This document shows, in pieces, positions 1 through 9,132 of a DNA stretch of 64,000 nt. The notes below the pieces were generated by a model that had not been told where the DNA came from, made no database searches, and saw nothing but the letters and a program-made list of their open reading frames with translations. Source of the DNA: Silicimonas sp. (GTDB lineage Bacteria; Pseudomonadota; Alphaproteobacteria; Rhodobacterales; Rhodobacteraceae); contig JAOXSD010000174.1 of the NCBI GenBank assembly GCA_025800205.1, positions 9,544 to 73,543 on the forward strand, written 5' to 3'. The position numbers were made by a program, and so were the translations under genes. Position 1 is the first letter of the stretch; each line of letters opens with the position of its first letter.

Positions 1-200
1 GCCGTGCCCGCTTCGGCTTCGGCGCCCCCCTGGGCGGCGCTGGCAATGGCATGCAATCCGCTCAGAAGCCCGTTCAGCCAATGGCGTTGGGCCGGATCAA
101 AAGGCGCATCCTCGGCGATGAAACTCGCCGGTTGGCGGCCATGGGTCTGGCCAATGGCCGTGGCGAGGTTTTCAAGGATTTTCGGGTCCTGAGCGGTCAT
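1..200 (-). CDS. 5' part of a CDS that runs off the window start. The N-terminus resembles the flavoprotein (CysJ-like) partner of sulfite reductase
   Basis: Reverse-strand ATG at 198-200, 23 nt after the stop of the 224..1963 gene. Reads MTAQDPKILENLATAIGQTHGRQPASFIAEDAPFDPAQRHWLNGLLSGLHAIASAAQGG and stays open to position 1. Absent from the ORF track because it is truncated. Confidence 0.4.
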   Translation of the reverse strand, partial: MTAQDPKILENLATAIGQTHGRQPASFIAEDAPFDPAQRHWLNGLLSGLHAIASAAQGGAEAEAGT

Positions 201-223
201 GGTCTCGGTCCGTTTCTCTGGGG

Positions 224-1963
224 TCAGGCGGCGGCGGCAAGGGCGGGGGGCAGGAGGTTTTGCAGGGCGTCGTCATCCAGTCCGCGACAAAAGGTCAGGA
301 AGCTCTCGCCCGGTTGTCGTCGCGCCAGATACTGCCCCACCATATGTTCGAGGGTCGCGTTCACGTCATCGCTGGGAACCGGGCCGCAGAGCGGTCGGGC
401 CAACCCCTGATCCTGATCCGACCCGCCTCCGACCAGGATGTTGTAGCCCTCGCCCCCGCCAGGCGCGGTGGTTCCGATCAGCCCGATGTCGCCGATGTAA
501 TGCTGGGCGCAGGAATTGGGGCAGCCGGTGAGATGGATATTGATCGGCTGATCCAGGGTGAAGCGCGCCTCCAGGTGGCGCACGAGGGCGAGGGCGTCCC
601 GTTTCGTGTAGGCCAGCCCCAGTTTGCAGGCCCATTTGCCGGTGCAGGCCACGGCGCCTGCGGCAAAGGCGGTGGCGGAGGTGCCGAGGCCGAGCGCGCC
701 GAGTTCTTTCTGGACCGTGCCAAGCTCCGCATCCGGCACGCCCAGGATCAACGGGTTCTGCCAGACCGTCAGGCGGATATCATTGCCGCCAAATTCCCGC
801 GCGATCCGGCCCAGACCCTCCATCTGTTCGGCGCTCATCCGGCCCAGTTCCAGCGCGACGCCAATATAGTTGAGCCCCCGCTTCGATTGCGGGTGGATGC
901 CGATATGCCCCTGCCGGTCGATCGGATGGCGCGGCGTTTCGATCCCGGCGGGCAGGGTCGTGAAGGTGACACCGGTGCCGAAATCGTCGAGCACCTCCGC
1001 CGCCTGCGCGCAGAACCAATCGGCGCCCTTGTCATCGAGCAGATACTTCAGCCGCGCCTTGCCGCGATTGGTGCGATTGCCATGTTCGACAAAGACCCGC
1101 AGCATCGCTTCGGCCACATCGACCGCCTGATCGGGGCGGCAGGCCAGCCTGGTGTCGCGGGCGAAATCCTTGTGCCCGGTGATCCCGCCCAGGGCGATGC
1201 GGCACCATAGCCCCGGTTCGATCCCCTGATCGTTTTCAGGCACTTCCACGGCCTGGAAGGCGATGTCATTGGTGTCGGAGACACAGGAGATCGTGCCGCC
1301 GCCGTCGAAGGAAATGTTGAACTTGCGCGGAATGCCCTGCAATTCGCGGGTGCGCAAAATCCGCAGGCTCAGGCGCTGCACATGGGGTTTGAAGTCGATC
1401 AGTTCGGCCGCATCAACGCCCGAGAGCGGGGAACAGGTGAGGTTGCGGGCGGAATCCGCGCCGGTGCCCTGAGCGGTGAGGCCCACATCCTGCAGTGCTT
1501 CGATGATCGGAATGACATGGCCGGGCTGGATCTCGCGCAATTGCAGGCTGCCCCGTGTCGTCACGTGGGAATAGCCGCCTGCGTGATCGGTGGCGATCCG
1601 GGCGAGCCGCTCCATCTGATCGCCGCGCAGAATATTGGCCGGGCAGCGCAGGCGCATCATGTAGCCGGGGCTGGCCGGTTCCACATTGAAGAAGCCGAGA
1701 TGGCGCAGCAGAAACTGATCCAGACCCTCTGCAAGGTGACCCTCGGCCTCCCATTGTTCCACCTGGCGCCACATGTCGAGCGGGTGGCGCTCATGTTTCG
1801 CGACTTCTTCCTTGCAGAGATCTTCCAGCGGCACGCCATGAACGGTTTCGGGGGCGCTGGCTCCGCCCCCCGGCTGGAAGACACGGTCGAGGTTGAGGCG
1901 GGTGAGCGCGCCGATAAGGTATTCCTGCTGTTCGGGTGTGAAGCCGGGGGTGGTGTCGGACAT
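224..1963 (-). CDS. Nitrite/sulfite reductase hemoprotein (siroheme plus 4Fe-4S, NirA/CysI family), 579 aa
   Basis: Full-length ORF with both cluster/siroheme Cys motifs: ACTGKWAC and TGCPNSCAQHYIGDIGL. Duplicated NIR_SIR ferredoxin-like architecture. Confidence 0.85.
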   Translation of the reverse strand: MSDTTPGFTPEQQEYLIGALTRLNLDRVFQPGGGASAPETVHGVPLEDLCKEEVAKHERHPLDMWRQVEQWEAEGHLAEGLDQFLLRHLGFFNVEPASPGYMMRLRCPANILRGDQMERLARIATDHAGGYSHVTTRGSLQLREIQPGHVIPIIEALQDVGLTAQGTGADSARNLTCSPLSGVDAAELIDFKPHVQRLSLRILRTRELQGIPRKFNISFDGGGTISCVSDTNDIAFQAVEVPENDQGIEPGLWCRIALGGITGHKDFARDTRLACRPDQAVDVAEAMLRVFVEHGNRTNRGKARLKYLLDDKGADWFCAQAAEVLDDFGTGVTFTTLPAGIETPRHPIDRQGHIGIHPQSKRGLNYIGVALELGRMSAEQMEGLGRIAREFGGNDIRLTVWQNPLILGVPDAELGTVQKELGALGLGTSATAFAAGAVACTGKWACKLGLAYTKRDALALVRHLEARFTLDQPINIHLTGCPNSCAQHYIGDIGLIGTTAPGGGEGYNILVGGGSDQDQGLARPLCGPVPSDDVNATLEHMVGQYLARRQPGESFLTFCRGLDDDALQNLLPPALAAAA

Positions 1964-2395
1964 CTGGCGTCTCCTGGGAAACCGGCACGGGGCGCAGTCT
2001 GTTTGTCTTGGGTGCCGTGGGATACACGGGGCGAGATGGGATGAGACACAATGGCTGAAATACCGAACGTGTCGCTCAGGTCAGGCCCCGTTGCCGCTTT
2101 GCGTTCTGGCGAAATGCCGGGCCGGGCGCCATTGCCGGGCCGAAACGCATAGCCAAAGGTTAAAGGTGAGCCCGGTCTTCGAGACAAGCCTCGGGCCGCG
2201 CCGGGTTGGTCCGATGCCGCCCGACCCGACGGAATCGGTGAATTTTTGAGCAGTCGCGCTGCGAGAAGTGGCGAGGAAAGGATCGGCGGTGATCCGGCTT
2301 CGCCCGCCGCGCGAAGGCTCCCGCGCAGAATCGGTCGGAGCGAACGGTGATTTCCGGGGTTTGACGCCCCGTCAAAGAGGGTCTAGAGAGAACCA

Positions 2396-2478
2396 GACTG
2401 TTGGGGTGCTCGAACGAGCTGAGATGCGCAAGCGAACCCATTGAACCTGAACCGGTTAGCACCGGCGGAGGGAACAGC
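2396..2478 (+). promoter_or_regulatory. TPP (THI-box) riboswitch leading the thi operon
   Basis: Near-consensus THI element: ctgttGGGGTGCtcgaacgaGCTGAGAtgcgcaagcgaACCCattgAACCTGAaCCGGtTAgcACCGGCGgAGGGAAcag. The P1 arms are ctgtt/aacag. It sits about 65 nt upstream of the thiD ATG, and a cctcc anti-SD-like element lies just before the gggggat SD. Confidence 0.9.
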
Positions 2479-2543
2479 TTTGAGGCGCGTCTTGTCTCGC
2501 TTTTCCCGAACCCGGCTTGACCGAACCTCCTGGGGGGATCGCG

Positions 2544-3320
2544 ATGGCGATTGCATTGACGATAGCGGGCTCGGATTCGGGCGGTGGCGCGGGGATCCAG
2601 GCGGATCTGAAGGCGTTTTCCGCCATGGGCGTCTATGGCGCCTCGGTGATCACAGCGGTGACCGCTCAGAACACCTGCGCGGTGACAGCGGTGCATCCGA
2701 TCCCCGACGATGTGGTCGCAGCCCAGATCGACGCGGTGCTGAGCGATATTGCCGTTGATGCGATCAAGATCGGCATGCTGGGGGCGCCCGGGCTGATCGA
2801 AACCGTGGCACGCGCGCTTGACGGTTTCAAAGGGCCGGTGGTGCTCGATCCCGTCATGGTGGCGAAATCCGGCGACACTTTGCTGCAGGACAGTGCCATC
2901 GGCGCGTTGAAAACCCATCTGCTGCCGCGGGCCGATCTGCTGACGCCCAACCTGCCCGAAGCCGCCAAGCTTGTGGGCGAAGGCGAAGTGCTGGATCAGG
3001 TCGACGCGCTGCTGGCGCTCGGACCGAAAGCGGTGCTGATGAAGGGCGGCCATGCCGAGGGCGACATCTGTTCCGACTGGCTCTCGACACATGACATGTC
3101 CCTGCAACTGGAGGCGCGCCGGGTGCCCACGCGCAACACCCATGGCACCGGCTGCAGCTATTCTTCTGCCATTGCGGCGGGGTTGGCCAAGGGCTGGTCG
3201 CTCGAACATGCGACCCAGGTGGCCCATGGCTGGCTCCATCAGGCGATCCTGCGGGCTGATGAATTGAACGTCGGTGCCGGGCACGGGCCGGTGCATCACT
3301 TCCACGGGGTGTGGGGATGA
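2544..3320 (+). CDS. thiD: Hydroxymethylpyrimidine/phosphomethylpyrimidine kinase ThiD
   Basis: MAIALTIAGSDSGGGAGIQADLKAF is the ThiD signature. The ATG at 2544 follows a G-rich SD, whereas the ORF-track start at 2517 is a TTG with no SD. Confidence 0.9.
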   Translation: MAIALTIAGSDSGGGAGIQADLKAFSAMGVYGASVITAVTAQNTCAVTAVHPIPDDVVAAQIDAVLSDIAVDAIKIGMLGAPGLIETVARALDGFKGPVVLDPVMVAKSGDTLLQDSAIGALKTHLLPRADLLTPNLPEAAKLVGEGEVLDQVDALLALGPKAVLMKGGHAEGDICSDWLSTHDMSLQLEARRVPTRNTHGTGCSYSSAIAAGLAKGWSLEHATQVAHGWLHQAILRADELNVGAGHGPVHHFHGVWG

Positions 3321-4300
3321 GTGACATCACCATCCTGGGCGGCGGCGTGGCCGGGCTTGCCATGGCGGCGGAATTGTCCGGGCGGGGTGCGGCGGTCACG
3401 GTGGTCGATCCGGCGGGGCCGGTGGGCGCCCATGCCTGCAGCTGGTGGGCGGGCGGCATGCTGGCGCCGGAATGCGAAGGCGTGCTGACCGAACCGGAGG
3501 TGGTCCGCCAGGGCCGCAAGGCGGCGGAATGGTGGGCCGGGCAGGGCGCCGAGGTCGTGCGCAACGGCACGCTGGTGGTGGCCCTGGGGCGCGATCAGCG
3601 CGAGTTGGCGAGTTTCGCGCGCCGGGCCGAAGGGGTCGCCTCGCTTGACCGGGACGGTCTGAAGGCGCTCGAACCCCATCTGGCGGAACATTTCGACCGC
3701 GCGCTTTTCATTGAAAGCGAGGCGCATCTGGACCCGCGCGCGAGCCTCACCGGTTTGCAGGCGCGGCTTGAAGGCAGGGGCGTGCGCTTTGTCACCGAAC
3801 CCTCGCCAAGCGGACAGGTCATCGATTGCCGTGGTCTTGCCGCGCGTGACGCGCTGCCGGATCTGCGCGGCGTGAAAGGTGAGATGCTGGTGGTGCGCTG
3901 CCCCGACGTGACGCTGTCGCGTCCGGTGCGTCTGCTGCATCCGCGCTTTCCGCTCTATATCGTGCCGCGCCCCGATCACGTTTTCATGCTGGGCGCGACC
4001 CAGATCGAAAGCGGCGAGCGGGGACGCGCCAGCCTGCGCTCGGTGATGGAACTGATGAATGCGGCCTATGCGCTGCACCCCGCCTTTGGCGAGGCGGAGC
4101 TTCTGGAAATCGGCGTCGATGCGCGCCCGGCCTTTCCCGACAACCAGCCGCGTTTGCGTCAGGGTGCCGACCGGCTCTATGCCAACGGATTGTTTCGGCA
4201 TGGATTTTTGCTGGCGCCGACCCTGGCGCGCATGGCGGCGGATTGGCTTTTGGACAACAGGACACCGGAGGTTTGGTTTGAAGATCATTGTGAACGGTGA
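3317..4300 (+). CDS. thiO: Glycine oxidase ThiO (FAD-dependent)
   Basis: N-terminal FAD fold ITILGGGVAGLAMAAEL. Lies between thiD and thiS. The ATG at 3317 forms an ATGA overlap with the thiD stop; the track start at 3311 is a GTG. Confidence 0.85.
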   Translation: MSDITILGGGVAGLAMAAELSGRGAAVTVVDPAGPVGAHACSWWAGGMLAPECEGVLTEPEVVRQGRKAAEWWAGQGAEVVRNGTLVVALGRDQRELASFARRAEGVASLDRDGLKALEPHLAEHFDRALFIESEAHLDPRASLTGLQARLEGRGVRFVTEPSPSGQVIDCRGLAARDALPDLRGVKGEMLVVRCPDVTLSRPVRLLHPRFPLYIVPRPDHVFMLGATQIESGERGRASLRSVMELMNAAYALHPAFGEAELLEIGVDARPAFPDNQPRLRQGADRLYANGLFRHGFLLAPTLARMAADWLLDNRTPEVWFEDHCER

Positions 4301-4475
4301 AGCCATCGAGAGCGCGGCTGCGACCCTTGCCGCGCTTCTGGCAGAGATCGGAAAAGCCGACGCCAAGGTGGCAACGGCGGTGAACGAGGCCTTTGTGCCG
4401 GCGGCATTGCGGGCCGATCATGCGCTCAATGAGGGCGACCGGGTCGAGATCGTCGCACCCCGGCAGGGAGGCTGA
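4278..4475 (+). CDS. thiS: Sulfur-carrier protein ThiS (66 aa, C-terminal GG)
   Basis: (M)[11 protein letters not shown]...[15 protein letters not shown] stop. TTG start at 4278, in frame within the 4059..4475 track ORF. The length and the ...GG end are typical of ThiS. Confidence 0.8.
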   Translation: MKIIVNGEAIESAAATLAALLAEIGKADAKVATAVNEAFVPAALRADHALNEGDRVEIVAPRQGG

Positions 4476-4476
4476 G

Positions 4477-5247
4477 ATGCCGGTTTTCTATGGTCGCGAA
4501 ATTGCCTCCCGTCTGATGCTGGGCACGGCGCAATACCCGTCGCCGGCGGTGCTGGCCGAGGCGTTCCGCCGCTCGGGGGCGGGGATCGCCACGGTTTCGG
4601 TCCGGCGGGAAGCGGGCGGCGACCGAGCGGGGCAGGATTTCTGGGAATTGATCCGGGATCTGGACGTGGCGCTTCTGCCCAACACCGCCGGCTGCCATTC
4701 GGTGCGCGAGGCGGTGACCACGGCGCAGATGGCGCGCGAATTGTTCGACACCAACTGGATCAAGCTGGAGGTCATCGGCCATGGCGACACGCTCCAGCCC
4801 GACCCGTTCGGTCTGGTTGAGGCGGCGCAAGCGCTGACCGAAGATGGTTTCGAGGTCTTCCCCTATTGCACCGAGGATCTGGTGCTCTGTTCCCGTCTGG
4901 TCGAGGTCGGTTGCCAGGTGCTGATGCCCTGGGGCGCGCCGATCGGAACCGGGCTGGGGTTGAACAACCTTTACGGTCTACGCAGCCTGCGCGCCCATTT
5001 TCCCGACCTGCCGCTGGTGGTGGATGCGGGGCTCGGCCTGCCCAGCCAGGCAGCGCAAGCCATCGAACTGGGCTACGACGCCGTGCTTCTGAACACCGCG
5101 GTCGCCAAGGCCGGCGATCCGGCGGCAATGGCCGAGGGTTTTGCCCGCGCGGTGGAGGCCGGCGCGCTGGCCCATGGCGCCGATCCGATGGAGCCGCGCG
5201 ACATGGCGGCCCCCTCCACCCCTGTTCTCGGGATGCCGTTCAAATGA
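4477..5247 (+). CDS. thiG: Thiazole synthase ThiG
   Basis: [23 protein letters not shown]...IKLEVIGH...NTAVA. The ATG at 4477 comes one nt after the thiS stop. The track ORF start at 4393 is an upstream extension overlapping thiS. Confidence 0.9.
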   Translation: MPVFYGREIASRLMLGTAQYPSPAVLAEAFRRSGAGIATVSVRREAGGDRAGQDFWELIRDLDVALLPNTAGCHSVREAVTTAQMARELFDTNWIKLEVIGHGDTLQPDPFGLVEAAQALTEDGFEVFPYCTEDLVLCSRLVEVGCQVLMPWGAPIGTGLGLNNLYGLRSLRAHFPDLPLVVDAGLGLPSQAAQAIELGYDAVLLNTAVAKAGDPAAMAEGFARAVEAGALAHGADPMEPRDMAAPSTPVLGMPFK

Positions 5248-5840
5248 GCCTGCCGCGTTTCTATCCGATTTTCGACGATGTCGCCTGGTTGCACCGGATG
5301 CTGCCGCTCGGCGTCAAGCTTGTGCAACTCCGGATCAAGGACCAACCGGAAGACGTGCTGCGCGCTCAACTGATGGAGGCCCGCGATCTCTGCGGGTCCT
5401 ATGGGGCGGCGCTGGTGGTGAATGATTATTGGGAACTGGCCATCGAATTGGGATGTGACTGGCTGCATCTGGGTCAGGAGGATCTCGACGAGGCCGATCT
5501 GCCCGCGATCCGCGCGGCGGGGCTTAAGCTTGGCCTTTCCACACACGACGATGCCGAACTTGATCGCGCCTTGGCGCTGACACCCGATTACATCGCGCTT
5601 GGCCCGGTTTATCCGACGATCCTCAAAAAGATGAAATGGCATCAACAGGGGGTCGAGAAGCTGACCGAGTGGAAGGCGCGGGCGGGCGATGTGCCGCTTG
5701 TTGCCATCGGGGGCATGTCGGTGGAACGCGCGCCGGGAGCTTTTGCGGCGGGCGCCGATGTGGTTTCGGCGGTCACCGACATCACGCTCAATGACGATCC
5801 GGAGGCGCGGGTGCGCGCCTGGCTGGAGACCTGCGGATGA
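5244..5840 (+). CDS. thiE: Thiamine-phosphate synthase ThiE
   Basis: [33 protein letters not shown]...GLSTHD...IALGPVYPT...VAIGG. ATGA overlap with the thiG stop. The upstream part of track ORF 4866..5840 is a shadow. Confidence 0.9.
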   Translation: MSLPRFYPIFDDVAWLHRMLPLGVKLVQLRIKDQPEDVLRAQLMEARDLCGSYGAALVVNDYWELAIELGCDWLHLGQEDLDEADLPAIRAAGLKLGLSTHDDAELDRALALTPDYIALGPVYPTILKKMKWHQQGVEKLTEWKARAGDVPLVAIGGMSVERAPGAFAAGADVVSAVTDITLNDDPEARVRAWLETCG

Positions 5841-6799
5841 GCCGCTATGCGCGCCAGAATGCGGTGCCGGGTTTCGGCCCGGAAGCGCAGGCGCGCGTCA
5901 AGGCGGCCCGGGTTCTGGTGATCGGTGCCGGCGGGTTGGCCGCGCCGGTCTTGCAGTATCTGGTTGGCGCGGGTGTCGGGCGGATCCATCTGGTGGACGC
6001 GGACCGGGTGAGCCTCAGCAATCTGCACCGCCAGACGCTGTTTCGGGAAGCGGATCTGAACCGGCCCAAGGTGGCGGCGGCGGCGGAGCGGATGGCCGCG
6101 CTCAACAGCGAGGTGGAGATTGTTGCGGAACAGATCCGGTTTGACCCCTCCAATGGCAAGCAATTGATTGAAAAGGCGGATCTGGTTCTCGATTGTGCCG
6201 ACAGTTTTGCGGCAAGCTATATCGCCTCCGATATTTGCCTGGCCCAGAACGCCCCCCTGATCAGCGCCAGCGTGGTCGGGGTGGAGGGGTATTGCGGCGG
6301 CTTCTGCCAGGGCGCGCCGGGCCTGCGCGCCGTCTTTCCCGACCTGCCCGAGCGGCTCGGATCCTGCGACGCCGACGGGGTTCTGGGTCCGAGCGTGGGC
6401 GTGGTGGGCAGTCTGCAGGCGCAGATGGCGCTGGCGGTTCTGAGCGGTGATGAGAGCCCGCTCGGCCAACTTGTCACCTATGATGCCGCGACCTTGCGCT
6501 TTGGCGGTTTCCGTTTCGACGGCGCCCCCGATCCAGCCCCCAACCCGGCCTTCATCGCGCCCGGTGATCTTGCGCCCGACGACTTTCTGGTCGACCTGCG
6601 CGACGCCGATGAGCCGGGCCCCGCGCTGCCCGGCGCCTTCCGTCACAATGCGGCGGATTTCGGCCCCGAGGGGCCGACGCCCAACCCCAACCAACGGGCC
6701 GTTTTTGCCTGCCGCTCCGGCCTCCGGGCCTGGCAGGCCGCCACCCGACTTTCAGAGACTTGGGCGGGAGACATCACACTTCTCGCCCTCGGAGATTAA
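5837..6799 (+). CDS. thiF: ThiF/MoeB-type adenylyltransferase with a C-terminal rhodanese-like domain
   Basis: E1-like nucleotide fold [41 protein letters not shown]. The C-terminal part ends with the rhodanese active-site loop [17 protein letters not shown] overlap with thiE. Confidence 0.85.
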   Translation: MSRYARQNAVPGFGPEAQARVKAARVLVIGAGGLAAPVLQYLVGAGVGRIHLVDADRVSLSNLHRQTLFREADLNRPKVAAAAERMAALNSEVEIVAEQIRFDPSNGKQLIEKADLVLDCADSFAASYIASDICLAQNAPLISASVVGVEGYCGGFCQGAPGLRAVFPDLPERLGSCDADGVLGPSVGVVGSLQAQMALAVLSGDESPLGQLVTYDAATLRFGGFRFDGAPDPAPNPAFIAPGDLAPDDFLVDLRDADEPGPALPGAFRHNAADFGPEGPTPNPNQRAVFACRSGLRAWQAATRLSETWAGDITLLALGD

Positions 6800-6809
6800 G
6801 GAGACTCCA

Positions 6810-7745
6810 ATGAAACACCTGCTTGCCGCCGCTGCGGCCCTGATCGCCACCCCGGCCGTTGCCAAGGATCAGATGACGCTTCTGCTCGACTGGTTCGTGA
6901 ACCCCGACCACGGGCCGATCATCGTCGCCCAGGAGAAGGGCTATTTTGCCGACCAAGACCTCGAGGTCGAGATCATCCCGCCGGCAGACCCGTCCGCGCC
7001 GCCGAAACTGGTGGCCGCCGGTCAGGGCGATCTGGCGGTCAGCTACCAGCCGTCGCAGCATCTTCATGTGGCCGAGGGTCTGCCGCTGATGCGGGTCGGC
7101 ACGCTTGTGGCGACGCCGCTCAACTGCCTGCTGGTGCTGAAAGACGGCCCGATCAAGGAGATCGGCGATCTCAAGGGCGGCAAGATCGGCTTTTCGGTCG
7201 CAGGGGTCGAAGAAGCGGTGCTCACTGCCATGCTGGGCCGTCACGGGGTGACGCTGGACGATGTGGAGATGGTCAATGTGAACTTCTCGCTCTCGCCGTC
7301 GCTGATGTCCGGCCAGGTCGATGCGGTGATCGGCGCCTATCGCAATTTCGAACTGAACCAGATGGAAATCGAAGGGGTCGAAGGCCAGTGTTTCTACGTG
7401 GAAGAAGAGGGCGTGCCGACCTATGACGAGCTGATCTATGTGGCCAATCCGGATCGGATGGACAAGGATCAGGTCCGCCGCTTCCTGCGCGCCACCGAAC
7501 TGGCGACCCAGTATATCGTCAACAATCCGGAGGCGAGCTGGGAGATCTTCAAGGGCTATGCGGCCGAGTTGGATGATGAGTTGAACGCCAAGGCCTGGGT
7601 CGACACCCTGCCGCGCTTTGCCCTGCGCCCCGAAGCGCTGGATGAGGGCCGCTATACGCGGTTTGAACAGTTCCTGGCAGACAGCGGTCTGGTCGAGGGC
7701 ACGCGCCCGGTGTCGAAACTCGCCGTGGATCTGGGCGCCGAATGA
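6810..7745 (+). CDS. Periplasmic substrate-binding protein, NMT1/THI5 family (ThiY-like pyrimidine-precursor binding protein)
   Basis: Signal peptide MKHLLAAAAALIATPAVA, then KDQMTLLLDWFVNPDHGPIIVAQEKGYF. aaggag SD upstream of the ATG at 6810. The track ORF start at 6447 is an in-frame extension over thiF. Confidence 0.8.
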   Translation: MKHLLAAAAALIATPAVAKDQMTLLLDWFVNPDHGPIIVAQEKGYFADQDLEVEIIPPADPSAPPKLVAAGQGDLAVSYQPSQHLHVAEGLPLMRVGTLVATPLNCLLVLKDGPIKEIGDLKGGKIGFSVAGVEEAVLTAMLGRHGVTLDDVEMVNVNFSLSPSLMSGQVDAVIGAYRNFELNQMEIEGVEGQCFYVEEEGVPTYDELIYVANPDRMDKDQVRRFLRATELATQYIVNNPEASWEIFKGYAAELDDELNAKAWVDTLPRFALRPEALDEGRYTRFEQFLADSGLVEGTRPVSKLAVDLGAE

Positions 7746-8413
7746 GCTTCGGGACAACATTTGACGCGTGGCGCGCGGCGGCCGGTCCCGATTGGGCGGC
7801 CTATACGCGCCACGCTTTCGTGCGCGGTCTGGGCGATGGCTCCCTGCCGCGCAAAGCCTTCCTGCACTATCTCAAGCAGGATTATGTCTTCCTGATCCAC
7901 TTCGCTCGCGCCTGGGCGCTGGCGGTGACCAAGGCCGAAACGGTGGAGGAAATGCGTCTTGCCGCCGGGACGGTCAACGGGTTGATCAACGAAGAAATCG
8001 CTTTGCATATCGAGACTTGCGCGGCGGCGGGCATTGATGAAGCAACCCTTTTCGCCACCGAGGAACGGCAGGAAAACCTGGCCTATACCCGTTATGTTCT
8101 GGATGCCGGCCATTCGGGGGATCTGCTGGATCTGTTGGCCGCCCTCGCGCCTTGCGTGATGGGATATGGTGAGATCGGCGCCCATCTGGCGGCAGCGAAA
8201 ACCTCCGAAACCTACGATGAGTGGATCGGCACCTATGCCGGTGACGGCTATCAGCAGGTCTGTCGCGATGTGGGGGCGCTGATCGATGGCGCGGTGGCGC
8301 GCCGTCTGGGCGAGACCCCCGAGGCCAGCCCCCGTTGGGCGGCGCTGGCGGCCCGGTTCCGCAAGGCCACCCAGCTTGAGGTCGGCTTCTGGGATATGGG
8401 GCTGACCCCGTGA
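7742..8413 (+). CDS. tenA: Aminopyrimidine aminohydrolase / thiaminase II TenA (Cys-containing type)
   Basis: TenA/heme-oxygenase-like fold: FVRGLGDGSLPRKAFLHYLKQDYVFLIHFARA. Has the candidate catalytic Cys in LAALAPCVMGYGEIG. ATGA overlap with the upstream gene. Confidence 0.85.
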   Translation: MSFGTTFDAWRAAAGPDWAAYTRHAFVRGLGDGSLPRKAFLHYLKQDYVFLIHFARAWALAVTKAETVEEMRLAAGTVNGLINEEIALHIETCAAAGIDEATLFATEERQENLAYTRYVLDAGHSGDLLDLLAALAPCVMGYGEIGAHLAAAKTSETYDEWIGTYAGDGYQQVCRDVGALIDGAVARRLGETPEASPRWAALAARFRKATQLEVGFWDMGLTP

Positions 8414-9132
8414 TGCGGGCGCCCGCGCTCCATTTGTCCGGCACGGCGCGGATCGGCGATCAACCGATCTTTGCCGGGCTGGATCTGCAGGTGGGCGCGG
8501 GCCAGTGGACCTGTCTTCTGGGTGCCAGCGGTGTGGGCAAATCCACTGTGTTGCGGCTGTTCGCCGGTCTGACCGAGGGTCTCGTGCTGGAAGGTCAGTG
8601 CGGCGCTTCCGATGGCTCGCTTGCGGGGCAGGTGGCGCTGATGGCGCAGGACGATCTGCTGCTGCCCTGGCTGCCTCTGGTCGACAATGTGCTGATTGGC
8701 GCACGGCTGCGTGGGGACCGCCCGGATCGCGCAGCCGCGCTCGATGTTCTGCGTCGGGTCGGGCTCGCGGATCATGCGGACAAGCATCCATCCGAATTGT
8801 CCGGGGGGCAGCGGCAGCGGGGTGCGTTGGCGCGCACCTTGATGGAAGACCGGCCCATCGTGTTGCTGGATGAACCCTTCTCCGCACTCGATGCGCTGAC
8901 CCGCGCCCAGATGCAGGATCTGGCCGCCGAAGTCCTTGCCGACCGCACTGTTTTGCTGGTCACCCATGATCCAGGCGAGGCGGCCCGGCTTGGTCAGCGG
9001 ATCGTGATCATGACCCATGGCGGCCTCGAGGAGGTCGCCACCCCCGATACCCCGATCCCGCGCCCGATGGAGGCGCCCGACGTTCTGCAGGCCCAGGCGG
9101 CGCTGCTGACCCAATTGAGGAGGCTGGCATGA
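8410..9132 (+). CDS. ABC transporter ATP-binding protein (NitT/TauT-type, thi-linked)
   Basis: Walker A GASGVGKST, signature LSGGQRQR, Walker B VLLDEPFSALD. Start overlaps the tenA stop. Confidence 0.9.
   Translation: MMRAPALHLSGTARIGDQPIFAGLDLQVGAGQWTCLLGASGVGKSTVLRLFAGLTEGLVLEGQCGASDGSLAGQVALMAQDDLLLPWLPLVDNVLIGARLRGDRPDRAAALDVLRRVGLADHADKHPSELSGGQRQRGALARTLMEDRPIVLLDEPFSALDALTRAQMQDLAAEVLADRTVLLVTHDPGEAARLGQRIVIMTHGGLEEVATPDTPIPRPMEAPDVLQAQAALLTQLRRLA

Noticed and set aside
1964-2395. Possible cobalamin or other riboswitch upstream of the nitrite/sulfite reductase gene
   Set aside because: Some GGTGA/CCGG-rich segments are superficially similar, but I found no B12-box-like core or other diagnostic consensus on either strand. 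It is kept only as a low-interest structured-leader note.
2160-3305. 381-aa minus-strand ORF spanning the THI-box and thiD
   Set aside because: It would run through the TPP riboswitch and is antisense to thiD. It has no recognisable domain.
5642-6694. 350-aa minus-strand ORF opposite thiE/thiF. Many similar 150-450-aa antisense ORFs occur throughout the window, for example 6774..7760, 7652..8887, 11395..12549, 39841..41175, 47178..48689, 51832..53430, 53328..54704, 59846..61207 and 62362..63732
   Set aside because: All lie opposite genes with clear family signatures and have the skewed Arg/Gly/Pro/His composition of GC-rich antisense frames.
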